Source of the DNA: Octopus vulgaris
Taxonomy: Eukaryota
DNA: 64,000 nucleotides
Direction of reading: 5' to 3'
NCBI GenBank assembly: GCA_951406725.2
Contig: OX597820.1
Span: forward strand, 15,748,001-15,812,000
This document shows, one piece after another, positions 1 through 12,579 of this stretch. Below the pieces are notes generated by a model. The model had not been told where the DNA came from. It ran no database searches and saw only the letters and a program-made list of their open reading frames with translations. Both the position numbers and the translations under genes were made by a program. The stretch's first letter is position 1, and the number at the start of each line of letters is the position of its first letter.

Positions 1-22
1 AAAAACAAGGACGGAAAAACGG

Positions 23-116
<94 letters not shown>

Positions 117-119
117 AAT

Positions 120-585
120 AAGCATGGCTGCATGGTTAACAAGCATGATTTTCAACCATATAGTTTCCGGTTCTGTCCCGCAACGCGGCACTCTTTTAGT
201 GTAGCCCCGGATCGACCTTTGCCTTATGAGAGAATTTAGTAGACAGAAACTGTCATGTCTGTCTGTCTGTCTCTGTCTCTCTCTCTCCCTCTTTCTCTCT
301 CTCTTTCAGTCTGTCTGTCCATGTCACTCTCTCTCTCTCTCTATCTATCTGCGCGCGTATGTGTACCTCTCTCCACCGCTTGACAACTGGTTTTAGTTTC
401 TTTACACTCCCGTAGCTTAGCGGTTCGGCAAAAGAAACCAAAAGAATATGTACCAGGCTTAAGAGAAAAACAGAAAAAAAAAGACCCAAACAAACAAACA
501 AGTACTGAAGTTTGATTTGCTCTACTAAACCGTTCAAGGCAGTGCTCCAACATAGCCGCAGTCCAACGACTGAAATCCGAATCAT
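120..585 (+). mobile_element. tRNA-derived SINE, family A (diverged copy)
   Basis: Colinear with the cleaner copies at 4697-5097 and 14136-14570: tRNA-like head, internal microsatellite, gcttgacaac...cttagcggttcggcaaaaga...gtgctcca tail. Confidence 0.8.
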
Positions 586-1091
586 TTATCATGATATAAT
601 GTCTTGCAGAAAAAATGGCGAGACGACGTCAATATCCTGCTGGGATTTTATTAAATGGTATGGATGAACTAAGAATTAAAAAAATAAAAATCCCCTGGTG
701 TTCTTAATGGTTTCTGATTTTCAATTTTATTAATTCATTCATTTTCGCTCGTGTTGTTAAGATTGATATCTTTTATGCAAGTACTATGCCTCAGTTTTGT
801 ATTTAGTGAAGAAATGAGAATGTAACGCTGACAGTTTTATAGTAGTATCAGGTGGAGCGATTTACTGTTGGTATTATCCTGTTAAATATTTCCGTTCCTC
901 TGGAACAGTGGGTGCAGGGGATGCATGTGCACCCCATAAATTTTTTGTGGGGCAATGAAAACACTTTTGAACATCCTCCTGAAAATCTTCATCACCAAAA
1001 TGAACGAACTTACAAATATTTTTGGATTGTTTTCAAGTATTATTTTTCCATTATTGGATTATTTTTCCATTATCAGATTTGATTCATGTAC

Positions 1092-1189
<98 letters not shown>

Positions 1190-1214
1190 GTTATTATTAT
1201 TATTGTTATTATTG

Positions 1215-1256
<42 letters not shown>

Positions 1257-1269
1257 TTATTATTATACC

Positions 1270-1447
1270 TGCGAGCTGGCAGAATCGTTAGCACGCCAGG
1301 CGAAATGTTTAGCGGTATTTCGTCTGCCGTTACGTTCTGAGTTCAAATTCCGCCGAGGTCCACTTTGCCTTTCGTCCTTTCGTGGTCGATAAATTAAGTA
1401 CCAGTTACGCACTGGAGTCGATGTAATCGACTTAATCCCTTTGTCTA
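1270..1447 (+). mobile_element. tRNA-derived SINE, family B (Meta-domain-like core)
   Basis: gcgagctggcagaatcgttagc A-box-like head, gagttcaaattcc B-box, gcctttc.tcctttcg.ggtcgataaattaagtacc core; many copies in window. Confidence 0.85.
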
Positions 1448-1471
1448 AAAAAATTCGACTTTTAACAAGTA

Positions 1472-1678
1472 TATTATTATTATTATTATTGAGTGAGAGA
1501 GCAGTGCATGCCATCAAAGTGACACTGGGGTAAAATATATGAAGCCCAGTATACCCATCATGACTATCCGTCTGATAAGGGTACACCAGGCACATGCATC
1601 ACAACCATATGTGCATGACATAGTGATTTGATATCAAGATAAACAGCGCATGACCTTGCAGGTGGGGCCCAGTTAGAA
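1472..1678 (-). mobile_element. 3' end of a retroposon with (AAT)n tail
   Basis: Reverse complement of 7340-7507 (gatgcatgtgcctggtgtacccttatcagacg...gcactgctctctcactc followed by (aat)n). Confidence 0.7.
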
Positions 1679-1829
1679 TGTGTGTGTGTGTGCTTATACT
1701 GTCTCCTTCACAAGCTAGTCTTCCTAGCTTTCATAATAATTTATCTGTCATCGTGATTTAACAACCCTCACCGTTTGTTTTTACTGCTTTGTTCTCACTG
1801 TCCTGTTTTTGTTACCACTTTCACCTTCC

Positions 1830-2085
1830 GCAAAAAATCCCAAATTTTATTTAATTTGTTTTGCGGGAAGGACTGTTTCAACGAAGTTGCGTATTGTCCT
1901 TGCCTTCGTAACGCAGAGTAGGTGAAACAGGGACAACTGAAGAAGGGGAATATTCTTTATGTTGCATGTCTCGTTTCTCTGTTTTTCTTTTCGTTGTTCA
2001 AAAAAAAAGTTCGTTTCTATGTTTTCGTTTCTCATTGTGTTCAACTTCTTTTTGATGTCCTGTACCCATATATGCATGTATATAT
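1830..2085 (+). repeat. Dispersed structured repeat abutting a TA-rich tract (copy 1)
   Basis: Highly similar to the reverse complement of 12295-12552; contains a long hairpin at 1873-1930. Confidence 0.8.
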
Positions 2086-2149
2086 ACATATATATATGTA
2101 GGTATGTACATATATGTATGTATATATGCATATATTTATACATTATGTA

Positions 2150-3376
2150 ATAGGTAGTGAACAGCTCCGTACAGTTCAGCGAAGTGTTGCCGTAATTCCG
2201 CGCATATCTGTTTGGACTCGTCTGTCATGTGCCCATCCTGCAACGTCAAAGACCGAATTGAGGTTTTGTTGTCACGTTGTGCCTCAGCCACCCGAGCCCA
2301 TCGAGCGGCTTTCGTTCCCTCATATTTTAGAGCACGCGCCCTGGCTCTGACCACACAACCTTCATGCTTAGCGTTGAATAATTGGTCAAGTGCCAATCTC
2401 GCCGCCAGCACTTCAGTTGCTATGCTTTTATTCAGGGCTTCTTCTAGTTTCCTAACTAGGTCTCTCTCTACTCAAGACTTCACTATCGCTATTTCCTTGC
2501 TAAACCCTAACGCCTCAACTCTAATTGCCCTTTTCAGAGCTACCCACCATCGGTTGTTGACGACAGCATCCATCGACCTTCAATGGACTAACTTGCTAAA
2601 CCGGTCTCTGAAAGCCTGGTGCGCCGTGAAGGACGCTTTCAGCTTCCAGTATCCGAGCCCTGTTTATGATGCTTATCTAGATCGACCGTACAGATCACAA
2701 AACTTGTGGTCTGTGTAGCCGACAACTTTAAATAGTGGACATCCTATACTATTCTTATCTATTGGCCTACAGAACAACCTATCTATGTATGACCATGATG
2801 ACTCGATGCGATTTACCCAAGTCCACATTGGCGCATCCAGAAAATCTAGTCAGTCAGTTGGAAGTGACTGAGCAGGTTTACAAGCCTTTTACACTCCCTT
2901 CTGCTATCGGCTACACCCACCCGGTCCAGACGTGCATCCAAAATAGCGTTCCAATCATCCACTAATACTAATGAGTGAGACTACCCCGAGTAAACCTCCA
3001 AGCGTCTGAAGAAATCTGGCTGCCCCGCCCCCGTCAGGGTCTAGACAGTGACCAGTCTGAAAGTACTACTTTCGCTACTATTCACATCCAGGACCACCGA
3101 CTTACCTTCCGGGTCCAGGAAGATCGTCTGTACCTTGAGATCCAGTCCTTTCCTGAACAGCACTGTCACTCAGCCTCCCATTCCAGGCCAACTAAGAGAC
3201 GTGTAAATCTCAAAATCGTCAAAAATGGGAGCAAATGTGCGTGAGTCGGAAACCTTGGTTTCGCTGACGGCTGTCACAACCAAACGTAGCGCCTTGAGGT
3301 TATTGAATAGGTGTCCCTGCTTCCAGGGTGACCCAAGGCCACGAGCGTTTATATTACTTATCCTAAGCACGGTCAT
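2150..3376 (-). pseudogene. L1/Tx1-type LINE ORF2: APE endonuclease and tower region, disrupted and truncated before RT
   Basis: Translates MTVLRISNINARGL...TAVSETK...DPEGK...LVDDWNAILD...DHKF...GYWKL...RARARA...ICAELRQHFAELY; internal stops and frameshifts. Confidence 0.9.
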
Positions 3377-3607
3377 GTTCAACACTGGGAGAGAAAGGAA
3401 GTAGGGGGTGCTACTTACCGAGGTTTTGTTGGGGGAGGAGTGGTGGTACATTCTCCGTCCTCTCACTCAATGTGGGTGTTTTCCCTAGCAAGGCTTTTGT
3501 TAAATGACTTGAAAATCCCCTACAAAGTCAGGATATTTATTTTTTAATGAGTTGTAAGTGCTCCCTGTTGCTTTGATTATTTTTGTGCTGTGGTATGTTA
3601 GTGTTCA

Positions 3608-3840
3608 GGGCGGCGAGCTGGCAGAATCGTTAGCACGCCGGGCGAAATGCTTTGTGGTATTTCGTCTGCCGTTACGTTCTGAGTTCAAATTCCGCCGAGG
3701 TCGACTTTGCCTTTTACCTTTTCGGGGTAGATAAATTAAGTACTAGCTACGCACTGGGGTCGATGTAATCGACTTAATCCATTTGTCTGTCCTTGTTTGT
3801 CCTCTCTGTGTTTAGTCCCTTGTGGGCAGTAAAGAAATAG
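3608..3840 (+). mobile_element. SINE family B, full length, with ~14-bp target-site duplication
   Basis: Family B sequence flanked by ggtatgttagtgtt at 3592-3605 and 3840-3853. Confidence 0.9.
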
Positions 3841-4696
3841 GTATGTTAGTGTTGACCCTTGGTGCAACGAGAATGCTCTTGTTAATGTCTATGTAATGTT
3901 GAATGTCTCGCATTAATGTCTTGTTTTCTGTGTCTACGTTAGTCAAGTTTATAAATTCTGGTTTTTGCTTGATGGGGTGTAGTTTAACTGTTGTGTGTAC
4001 AAATGAAATAGCGTCGGTGATGGTTACAGAGATAGTGATGGTGATGATGTTATTGTCGGCTGTGTCAGTGAAATTATTGTTGGGAGTGGTGTGTTATTGT
4101 TGTTGCTTCTGCTGTCCACCCCCTCTGTTCACACCTACCAGTTTGTTTCTGTTCTTGTGGGCGCGTATTTTTGTCTTCTTCCTTTCTCTCCTTTCGTGGG
4201 AACGGGCGGGGCGTGCAACTATTTGCCAGTTCTGTTCTTCCCCACTCGCTTCCATTTTCTTGGGTCCGAAAATGGGGAAGAGGATGTCTTGCGGAAGTTT
4301 TTGATTTTTTTGAAATTGTTGTTGTAAGTTGTTCTGGAATTTCCTGATGTTCTGGGGGGGTTCCCAGATTGCTCCGAACACGTGAGGGGCAAGACTTGCG
4401 GAGCTTTTTGTGGTTTTTTTCTGTTGATGAATTGTTTGCTGTTGTTTTGGGAGATCCTGATTCTGTTATTTTTAGTGCTGTCGATGTCGGTTGATTCTCA
4501 ACTGTTGTTTCCACTTATTTTTGAAGTTGTTGCTGTTGCTGCTACTGCTGTCGATGCTTCTATGATCGCAGATGCTGCTCCTACTGTTACTGTTATATTT
4601 GCAGCTGCAGCCGCCTGCTTCTGCTGTTGTTGTGGTGGTTGTGGTGGCAAAAGTGCAGGTCTCTTCTTTCTTTTGTTGTTGGCAGAAACCTTTTTA

Positions 4697-4849
4697 GGCG
4701 CAGGATGGCTGTGTGGTAAGTAGCTTGCTTACCAACCGCATGGTTCCGGGTTCAGTCCCACTGCATGGCACCTTGGGCAAGTGTCTTCTACAATAGCCTC
4801 GGGTCGACCAAAGTGGATTTGGTAGACGGAAACTGAAAGAAGCCCGTCG

Positions 4850-4882
<33 letters not shown>

Positions 4883-5097
4883 GTGTGTGTGTGTGTCTGT
4901 GTTTGTCCCCCTCAACATCGTTTGACAACCGATGCTGGTGTGTTTACGTCCCCGTAACTTAGCGGTTCGGGAAAAAGTGACCGATAGAATAAGTACTAGG
5001 CTTACAAAGAATAAGTCCTGGTATCGATTTGCTCGACTAAAGGCGGTGCTCCAGCATGGCCGCAGTCAACTGACTGAAACAAGTAAAAGAATAAAAG
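4697..5097 (+). mobile_element. SINE family A, full length, inserted in LINE ORF1
   Basis: ggcgcagga.tggctgtgtggtaag head, ggttcagtccc B-box, ccttgggcaagt CORE-like motif, internal (TA)n(TG)n, gaaacaagtaaaagaataaaaga tail. Confidence 0.9.
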
Positions 5098-5690
5098 ATA
5101 GTTTGTGTCCCCGCACAGGTGACACTCGGCTTTCTGCTCCCAACAGCCACATGTTATTTTGACCCATCCAGTAAGCTTATTTAATCCGGGATATTTTCCA
5201 CAGTTTTCTGGTCTGTTTGCATTAGCAGCTGCATCCTCTGATCTAGCCAATTCTGCTCGTAAATCTTATGCATTTGCAGAATCTTGGTTTTTGGTTTTCT
5301 CTTCTATGTCTTGGAGGATTGCAGCTACGAACCAGCAGATATAAAATTCTGGTGGAATATAGAAAATTCTGATTCTGTATACTCTACGCCCCAGGTAGGC
5401 ACGTATAGGAATTATTTCTTCACTCGTCAGGGTAGCTGTCGAGTGTTCTTTTGCTTCCTCCTCTGAGGCGAATTTCACCTCGACAGTCCCATGTTTCTTC
5501 CCCCTGGTCCCGTCGGTTTTGCTCTTCTTCGCCGGTCTTACGCATTTCTCTACTTGTTTGTCGTTACGTCGCCTGTTTGACTTTTCTGCTTCTCACTCCA
5601 ATTATTTTATATAGGATTGTCCACAAACTGATTTCATGCTGATAGTCCTAGGAATGTTTAGCGCCACATTTCTTCGGCATGCATTTAGCA

Positions 5691-5906
5691 CAGTGGTTTT
5701 CAACCAGGGTTCCGCGAAACCTTAGGGTTCCGACAGTACAGTCCAGGGGTTCCGCAAGAAGTTACAAAACTGCTAAAATCGGCAGTAATTTTTAATTCTG
5801 TGCAGATATGTGTGCATAAGACTATTAAATTATTGCACAGGAGTTCCTCGAGTCAGTGGAATGTTTCCTTGGGGTTCCGCTCCAGCAAAAAGTTTGAAAA
5901 GCACTG
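5691..5906. mobile_element. hAT-superfamily MITE (216 bp)
   Basis: TIRs cagtggttttcaacc / agtttgaaaagcactg; perfect 8-bp TSD atttagca at 5683-5690 and 5907-5914; repeated subterminal gggttccg motifs. Confidence 0.92.
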
Positions 5907-6431
5907 ATTTAGCATATCTGAACTAATTTTCATCTAAGAGAACATCTTCACTCACCTTTTTGCTTGCGCGAAGTCGAAACTGTTCCGATTGGATTTGCTC
6001 GTGTCGATTTCGTTGTTTTTTCCCGTTAATCATGTCGGTGATGGTGATGGTGGTGGTGTTGGACCTGCTGCTGGCACCGGTGGTGGCGGTGGAGGTTGTA
6101 GTGTTTTCGCTTGTGTTGGTGTTTGTGATTTTCTTTTGTTCTTGCAGTGGTTAAGAAGCAACGGGAATTCATTTTCTTACGTTCCACGTGCGCTATTGTT
6201 GTTGTTGCTGTTTTCTTCTTCTTCTTCTTCTTCCTCCAATCAGGACTCACGCCATTAGCCACAAAAAATAATCTCTAATTCGAGCCTACTCTAAGCTACT
6301 AAGAATGCGTGTGGCAACTTAAAGATCAAACCCACCACGCGGGTGGAGAGCTGAACCATCCTGGGGTACCAGGGTCTGAAAGTTTACCACACCATAGTGG
6401 GTTACACCATGGTTCCCCTGCTTTGTGGCAG

Positions 6432-6622
6432 AAGTAGGAAGAAAGAGTGAGAGAAAGTTGTGATGAAAGTGTACAGCGGGGTTGCCCCCCCCCCCCCACC
6501 GAAGCCTCGTGGAATTAAGGCGTTTTTGCTCAATAAACACTCACAACGCCCGAAATGGGAATCGAAACCGCGTTCTTACGACCGTGAGTTCGCTGCCCTA
6601 ACCACTGGGCCATTGCACCTCC
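6432..6622 (-). mobile_element. tRNA-derived SINE, family E (5' part)
   Basis: Matches 41015-41312 and 56604-56990; head gg.gcaatggcccagtggttagggcagcg.actc.cggtcg. Confidence 0.8.
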
Positions 6623-6956
6623 ACTGTCGCTGTTGTTGCTATAACAGTCACTGTCTTGAACAATTTGGCTGTTCTGTCTTGCGGATAAACCGCTGTTCTT
6701 TCCAGAGAACGGACGGTTTTTGTTCGTCATCTTTGATTTTAGCAAAAAAAAAAAAAAAAAAAATGAGGGTCACCGTAACCCAATCAAATACGAAAATAGT
6801 CCCTAAGGGCTACAAGTGGGAAAGAACTACCAGTTCCCCAATGTCCTGGTTTGTTCAACTAAGTAACAATAACAAATGTACAATGTAAAACAATGCATAA
6901 TAATATGAATAACAGCAAAACTTACGCAGGTGTGTGCGAGCACGTGTCAATAGACC

Positions 6957-7001
<45 letters not shown>

Positions 7002-7339
7002 TATTATTATTATTATTCATGGACCTTTTTGAGTGGTATGAGCTACGTGAACTGATATAAAAGATGAGCTACAGCAAATATTCTGCTCAATACGACAGGT
7101 TTGCTAGTCAGTTGTTTGACCTTAACCAGTTGACCATTGTCCCTTAGTGGCTGACGATATGTGCACCTCTGATCCCGAGCAGAAGTAGTGGGGAAGTATC
7201 ATAGCCATGTGTTGAGAGGGATTCTTTGGGGTTTGAATAATTCACCTCTGGAAACGTGGGTGTTTCGTTCAACATCCTTAAACAACCCTTATTCAGGGAC
7301 CTTTTGAGCGGGATGGGTTACTCGACCAGAAGAATATTG

Positions 7340-7450
7340 TGATGCATGTGCCTGGTGTACCCTTATCAGACGGGTCGTCATGATGGGTATACTGGGCTTT
7401 GTATATTTTACCCCAGTGTCACTTTGATGGCATGCACTGCTCTCTCACTC

Positions 7451-7507
<57 letters not shown>
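7340..7507 (+). mobile_element. 3' end of a retroposon with (AAT)n tail
   Basis: Second copy of the 1472-1678 sequence. Confidence 0.7.
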
Positions 7508-7509
7508 CC

Positions 7510-7697
7510 TTTCTGTTAAAGGCACAAGGCCTGAAATTTTGGGGAGAGGACTAGTCAATTACATCGACCCCAGTGTTTCGCTGGTACTTAATTTATCGAC
7601 ACCGAAGGGATGAAAAGCAAAGTCGACCTCGGCGGAATTTGAACTCAGAACGTAAAGACAGATGAATTGCCACTAAGCATTCTGCCCGGCGTACTAA
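7510..7697 (-). mobile_element. SINE family B
   Basis: Reverse complement of the family B head and core. Confidence 0.8.
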
Positions 7698-8289
7698 AAC
7701 GATAATGACGATGAAAAAGATGAGGATGTAGACAACAACGACGATGACAACAATAATAACTACTAATAATCCAATTAATTAACAATTAACATTCTTAAAT
7801 GAATGACATGTTTCAACGATGTTTGTCGAAATGGTTGAGTTAACAAAAACAAAACTATCTGTATTGTTTTATTACCTTCCTTGTAATTTACGACTCTAAT
7901 TGCAATAATTACTCTGTGTTTGCTGTCTGTTGTGTAAAAGGGGTTTTCCTTTTATCATCGTTGCAGACACTGTGGGGGAAATTTGTTGAAATTCTTATTT
8001 TTACGGGGATTTTGTAATAAAGTAATTTTTCTTATGTAACATAAATAATACCGATAAATTCCCAGCAGATTCTTTATTGTTGACTCTTAAAATCGACCGA
8101 ACTAATTTGGTGCTTCCTGAATTTTGACATTGATCTTCTTATTTGCCACCAGGGCACCTGGATCACAGAAAGCCGTGACATCATCTAGCATTTAGTAGTA
8201 GAGCACCCCCGCTTCAAGTTTCACCGAATGACATTTTATGAAAAATCCCTTTTTTAAGTTTGGCCCCCTACTACCACCAAGCACCACAA

Positions 8290-8740
8290 AATGTGGCTGT
8301 GAGGTAAGAAGTTTGCTTCCCAACCACATGGTTCCGGGTTCAGTCCCACTGCCTGACACTTTAGGCAAGTGTCTTCAACTATAGCCTCAGGCCGACCAAA
8401 GCTGCCATGCATGTGTGTGCGTGTGTGTGTATGTGTGTGCGTGTGTATGTGTGTGTGTGTGTGTGCGTGTGTGTGTGTGTGTGTGTGTGCGTGCATGTGT
8501 GAGCGTATGTGTGTTTGTCTTTGTGTCTGTGTTTGTCCACCACTACGCGTGATGACCGATGTTGGTGTGTTTACGCACCCGTAACTTAGCGGTTTGGCAT
8601 AAAGAGAACCCATAGAATAAGTGCCGGGCATTCTGAAAAAAAAAAGTGCTCGGGCCGATTCATTCGACTAAAGATTCTTCAAGGCGGTGCCCCAGCATGG
8701 TCCTAGTCAAAAGACTTAAACAAGTAAAGATAAAAAAATA
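8290..8740 (+). mobile_element. SINE family A
   Basis: Family A head, internal (TG)n and tail. Confidence 0.85.
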
Positions 8741-9567
8741 AAGGAAAAACAAAAAATAAAAAAATAAAACAAAACCAGCGGATTATATTTTAATCAAATA
8801 AAGGGAAATTTTGTGCACTGGCTTATTATCTACAATATAGATAGTATAGATTCTATATTCCGCCGAGACCCACTTCACCTTTCATCCTTTCGGGGTCGAG
8901 AAATTAAATACAAGTTGCGTACCGATCGATCTAATCGACTGCCCCCACCCACTCTCCAAAAATTTCGGGCCTTGTGCCTTGAGTAGAAAAGAATATAGAT
9001 TCTATATTATCTTAAGCCGGGAGGGTGAAGAGCTAGTTCACTCTAGGTGACGCTTTTATGAGGTGACTCCTTCGGGCCTGCTGTATAAGTCTGCACAAGT
9101 TTGGAGGCCTGAAATGGGGCGGCAAACTCAAGGGTTGTGCCTGGTAGCAAACGTTCTGGCTCCACCATTATATTCTATCTCATATCCAGCATATTTTAGA
9201 TATTATTGATATTTAGATATTTTAGACATTTATGTAGATTAGTGTTTCAGAAAAAAAAGACGATCAAAGATCCTTCCTGTGCCATAGGTCCATAAAGCCA
9301 ATTTCTCGGATTCTGTGGTTTATATATGTATATATACCCCAGCCTTCTTCCTTGACACGACGCCGATCCGTCGTAAGATTACACATTTTTATCAGCTGAC
9401 TGAAATAATGTGAAATGAAGTGTTTTGTTCAAGAACGCAAGGCATCGCCCAGTCCAGGAGTCGAAACAACAATCTTCCCATCATGAGGGCAACACTCTAG
9501 CTACTAAACCATGTGCCACCACACGCGCGTGCGCCTGCACGTACGCACGCACGCACGCACACAAAAA

Positions 9568-9777
9568 CAAATTTGACAAGTGTTTGACTCAGCTTCACAT
9601 GGACATAAAGTTTCGTTGGCGCACAGAACGTGCAAACTCATCAGGCGTTGCGAGGCACACTTGTCAAAGTATTAGTCACGTAGAGCAGAGTCAAACTGTT
9701 ATAAAAATACATGTAATTCCCACCAACTGTGTTGAGTACAGCTACATTCTTCCGTTCATTCACTCACTCATGTATGT
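9568..9777 (-). repeat. ~210-bp repeat with hammerhead-like motif (copy 1)
   Basis: Near-identical to 11838-12047 (offset 2270); minus strand has CTGATGA-stem-GAAA enclosed by the 12-bp inverted repeat tttgacaagtgt. Confidence 0.8.
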
Positions 9778-10775
9778 ATACTCTTTTACTCGTTTCAGTC
9801 ATTTGACTGCGACCATGCTGGAGCACCGCCTTTAATCGAGCAACTCGACCCCGGGACTTATTCTTTTGTAAGCCCAGTACTTATTCTATCGGTCTCTTTT
9901 GCCGAACCGCTAAGTGACGTATGTATGTATGTATGTATGTATGTATGTATGTATGTATGTATGTATGTATGTATGCATATATATACCTATATATACATAT
10001 GTATATATACATATATACATACATACATACATACACGCACACGCACACACACACACACACACATATATAGATAGGAAAAGAGGGAGAGAGAGAGAATGAG
10101 AGATAGTTATTGTGTTTCTTGTTTCTTTTTGTCTGTATCTGTCCACTACTGCTTGATAACCGGTGTTGGTGTGGTTACGTCCCCATAACTTAGCAGTCCG
10201 GCAAAGGAAACACATGGAATAACTGCCACGCTTAATAAATAAATAAATAAATAAATAAATAAATACCGGGGTCAATTCATTCGAAAAAAAAATTTCCTCG
10301 AGACGGTGCTCCAGCATAGCCGCAATCTAAGAATTGAAACAAAAGATGAAAGAGAGAAGATAATGTTAAATTTTTACGGAAATTACAAAAGAGGCAGAAA
10401 ACTTGCGTAATGGCATTCTATTGTACCTTTGTGCATCATCGGTCATTGTTTCTGTTTATTGATAAACATCATACCTGACTCATGTTCTTATCTCGACAAA
10501 GATTTGGTTGAGAATGTGTTCAAAGTATAAGAATTGTCTCGAGTTTAAATAATGTATTTCTACGAAAAGTCTCGACCCCTTTAAACACACAACACCTTTC
10601 TTGCGTCTGAAACTTTTCTCTGCTCTTGTGAGTTCACAAGGGACTCAAGGAGTTGCTGGGAAGAACAGGGTAGGAGCCATTGGTGCTGACCGTACTTCGA
10701 AGTGGCTCTGGCTTTTACAAATCCCGTCTTTGTTTGAGCGCACAGGTGTTTAGTGAGTGTGCGCATGCGTATATG

Positions 10776-10811
<36 letters not shown>

Positions 10812-10813
<2 letters not shown>

Positions 10814-11085
10814 CTCCTTTACTCTTTTATTTGTTTCAATTATTTGGCTGCAACACCACCTTTAAGTCGAACAAATCGCCTTCAGGACTTATTCGTTGTA
10901 AGTCTAGTACTTATTCTATCGTTTTCTTTTGCCGAACCGATAAGTTACGGGGACGTAAGTACAACATCGGTTGTCAAGCGACGGTGGTGGTGATGGGGAT
11001 TTAAGCGGACACACAAACATGTGTGTGTGTGTGTGTATATATATATACTTATATACATACATACATACATACATACATACATACA

Positions 11086-11120
<35 letters not shown>

Positions 11121-11280
11121 GTATAGGCTTCTTCCATTTTCCGTCTACGAAGTTCACTCACAAGGCTTTGGTTGGCACGAGGCTATAGTAGAAGACACTT
11201 GCCCAAGGTGCCACGCAGTGGGACTGAACCCGGAACCATGAGGTTGGTAAGCAAGCTACTTACAACAAAACCACTCCTGT
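10812..11280 (-). mobile_element. SINE family A
   Basis: Reverse complement of family A with internal (CATA)n. Confidence 0.85.
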
Positions 11281-11800
11281 GTAACAACATACAATAGTCT
11301 GGTCAATTCAGGTTGTTAACCATGAACTATAAACAAATTTGTATGTATGAATGTACGTACGTGTATGCGTGTGTAAAGGATCTAAGTGTCGGAAGTTTGT
11401 AAGCTTCGCGCAATCCGTGGTAGTTATAAGAAACAACGTCCAGGAACTAGAATAATTTATTGGTGTGGAAAGGTGGTAGGCTTTTCCCATATCGCAGTTC
11501 GATAAGCGGAAAAGAAATTTTTTTTTACTTCACGGTTAACAATCTAAGTCGACAGGACTATTGGATGTTGTTACACATTGCTGGTCGCAATGTGCTGTGT
11601 ATCGTTTTAGCTTTCGAATGATGCCACACCACTGGTAGCATATTTACAGCTGAATAGACTGGAGCAACGCGAAATGATGTGCTTTGCTCAAGAACACAAC
11701 GCATCGCTCGGTGTGGGAGTATCAAGTACAATCTCAAGATTGTGAGTGCACCACGCCCAACCTCTTGGTCACGCGCTTTCATGCGCACAGGCACACACAG

Positions 11801-11837
<37 letters not shown>

Positions 11838-12047
11838 CAAATTTGATAAGTGTTTGACTCAGCTTCACATGGACATAAAGTTTCGTGGGCGCAGAGAACG
11901 TGCAAACTCATCAGGCGTTGCGAGGCACACTTGTCAAAGTATTAGTCACGTAGAGCAGAGTCAAACTGTTATAAAAATACATGTAACTCCCACCAACTGT
12001 GTTGACTGTAACTACATGCTTCCGTTCGTTCACTCACTCATGTATGT
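11838..12047 (-). repeat. ~210-bp repeat with hammerhead-like motif (copy 2)
   Basis: Near-identical to 9568-9777. Confidence 0.8.
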
Positions 12048-12089
12048 GTGTATGTATATATAAACGTAGGCGTAGATATATTTAGGTAC

Positions 12090-12229
<140 letters not shown>

Positions 12230-12294
12230 AATATAAATAATATATAAATATATGCATATATACATAGATATATGTACATACCTACATCTATATG

Positions 12295-12552
12295 TATATA
12301 TACATGCATATATGGGTACAGGATATAAAAAAAGCGTTCAACACAATGAGAATCGAAAACATAAAAACAAAAACGAACTTTTTTAAGAACAACGAAAAAA
12401 CAGAGTACAAGGTATACAACACAAGGAATATTCCCCTTCTTCAGTTGTCCCTGTTTCGTCTACTCCGCGTTATGAAGGTAAGGATAAGACGCGACTTCGT
12501 TGAAACAGTCCTTCCCGCAAAGCAAATTAAATAAAATTTGGGACTTTTTGCA
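12295..12552 (-). repeat. Dispersed structured repeat between TA tracts (copy 2)
   Basis: Reverse complement of 1830-2085. Confidence 0.8.
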
Positions 12553-12579
12553 ATTATATATATATATATATTAATAAAT

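Larger units (their letters stand above)
3465..6262 (-). pseudogene. L1/Tx1-type LINE ORF1, disrupted by nested insertions
   Basis: Directly upstream of ORF2 on the same strand; segments KFASEEEAK...AYLGRRVYRIRIFYIPPEF, a split zinc knuckle CHLCGDTNY/LKRF(C), and T/N/K-rich low-complexity stretches. Confidence 0.7.

Noticed and set aside
610-657. Possible micro-exon MARRRQYPAGILLN with ag/gt ends
   Set aside because: Weak polypyrimidine tract, very short, and partly similar to the inverted sequence near 8055, so chance or repeat origin is equally likely
3608-3700. tRNA genes at SINE heads
   Set aside because: A/B boxes continue into SINE bodies with TSDs; no complete cloverleaf
6320-6430. 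HDV-like ribozyme at the LINE 5' end
   Set aside because: Only nested hairpins (TCAGACCC/GGGTTTGA enclosing CCAC/GTGG); no L3, P1.1 or J4/2 pattern
12455-12510. SECIS element (ATGA...AA...GA) or twister ribozyme in the structured repeat
   Set aside because: SECIS helix 2 cannot form, and the twister-like words TAACGC and GAGTAG are contiguous without pseudoknot partners
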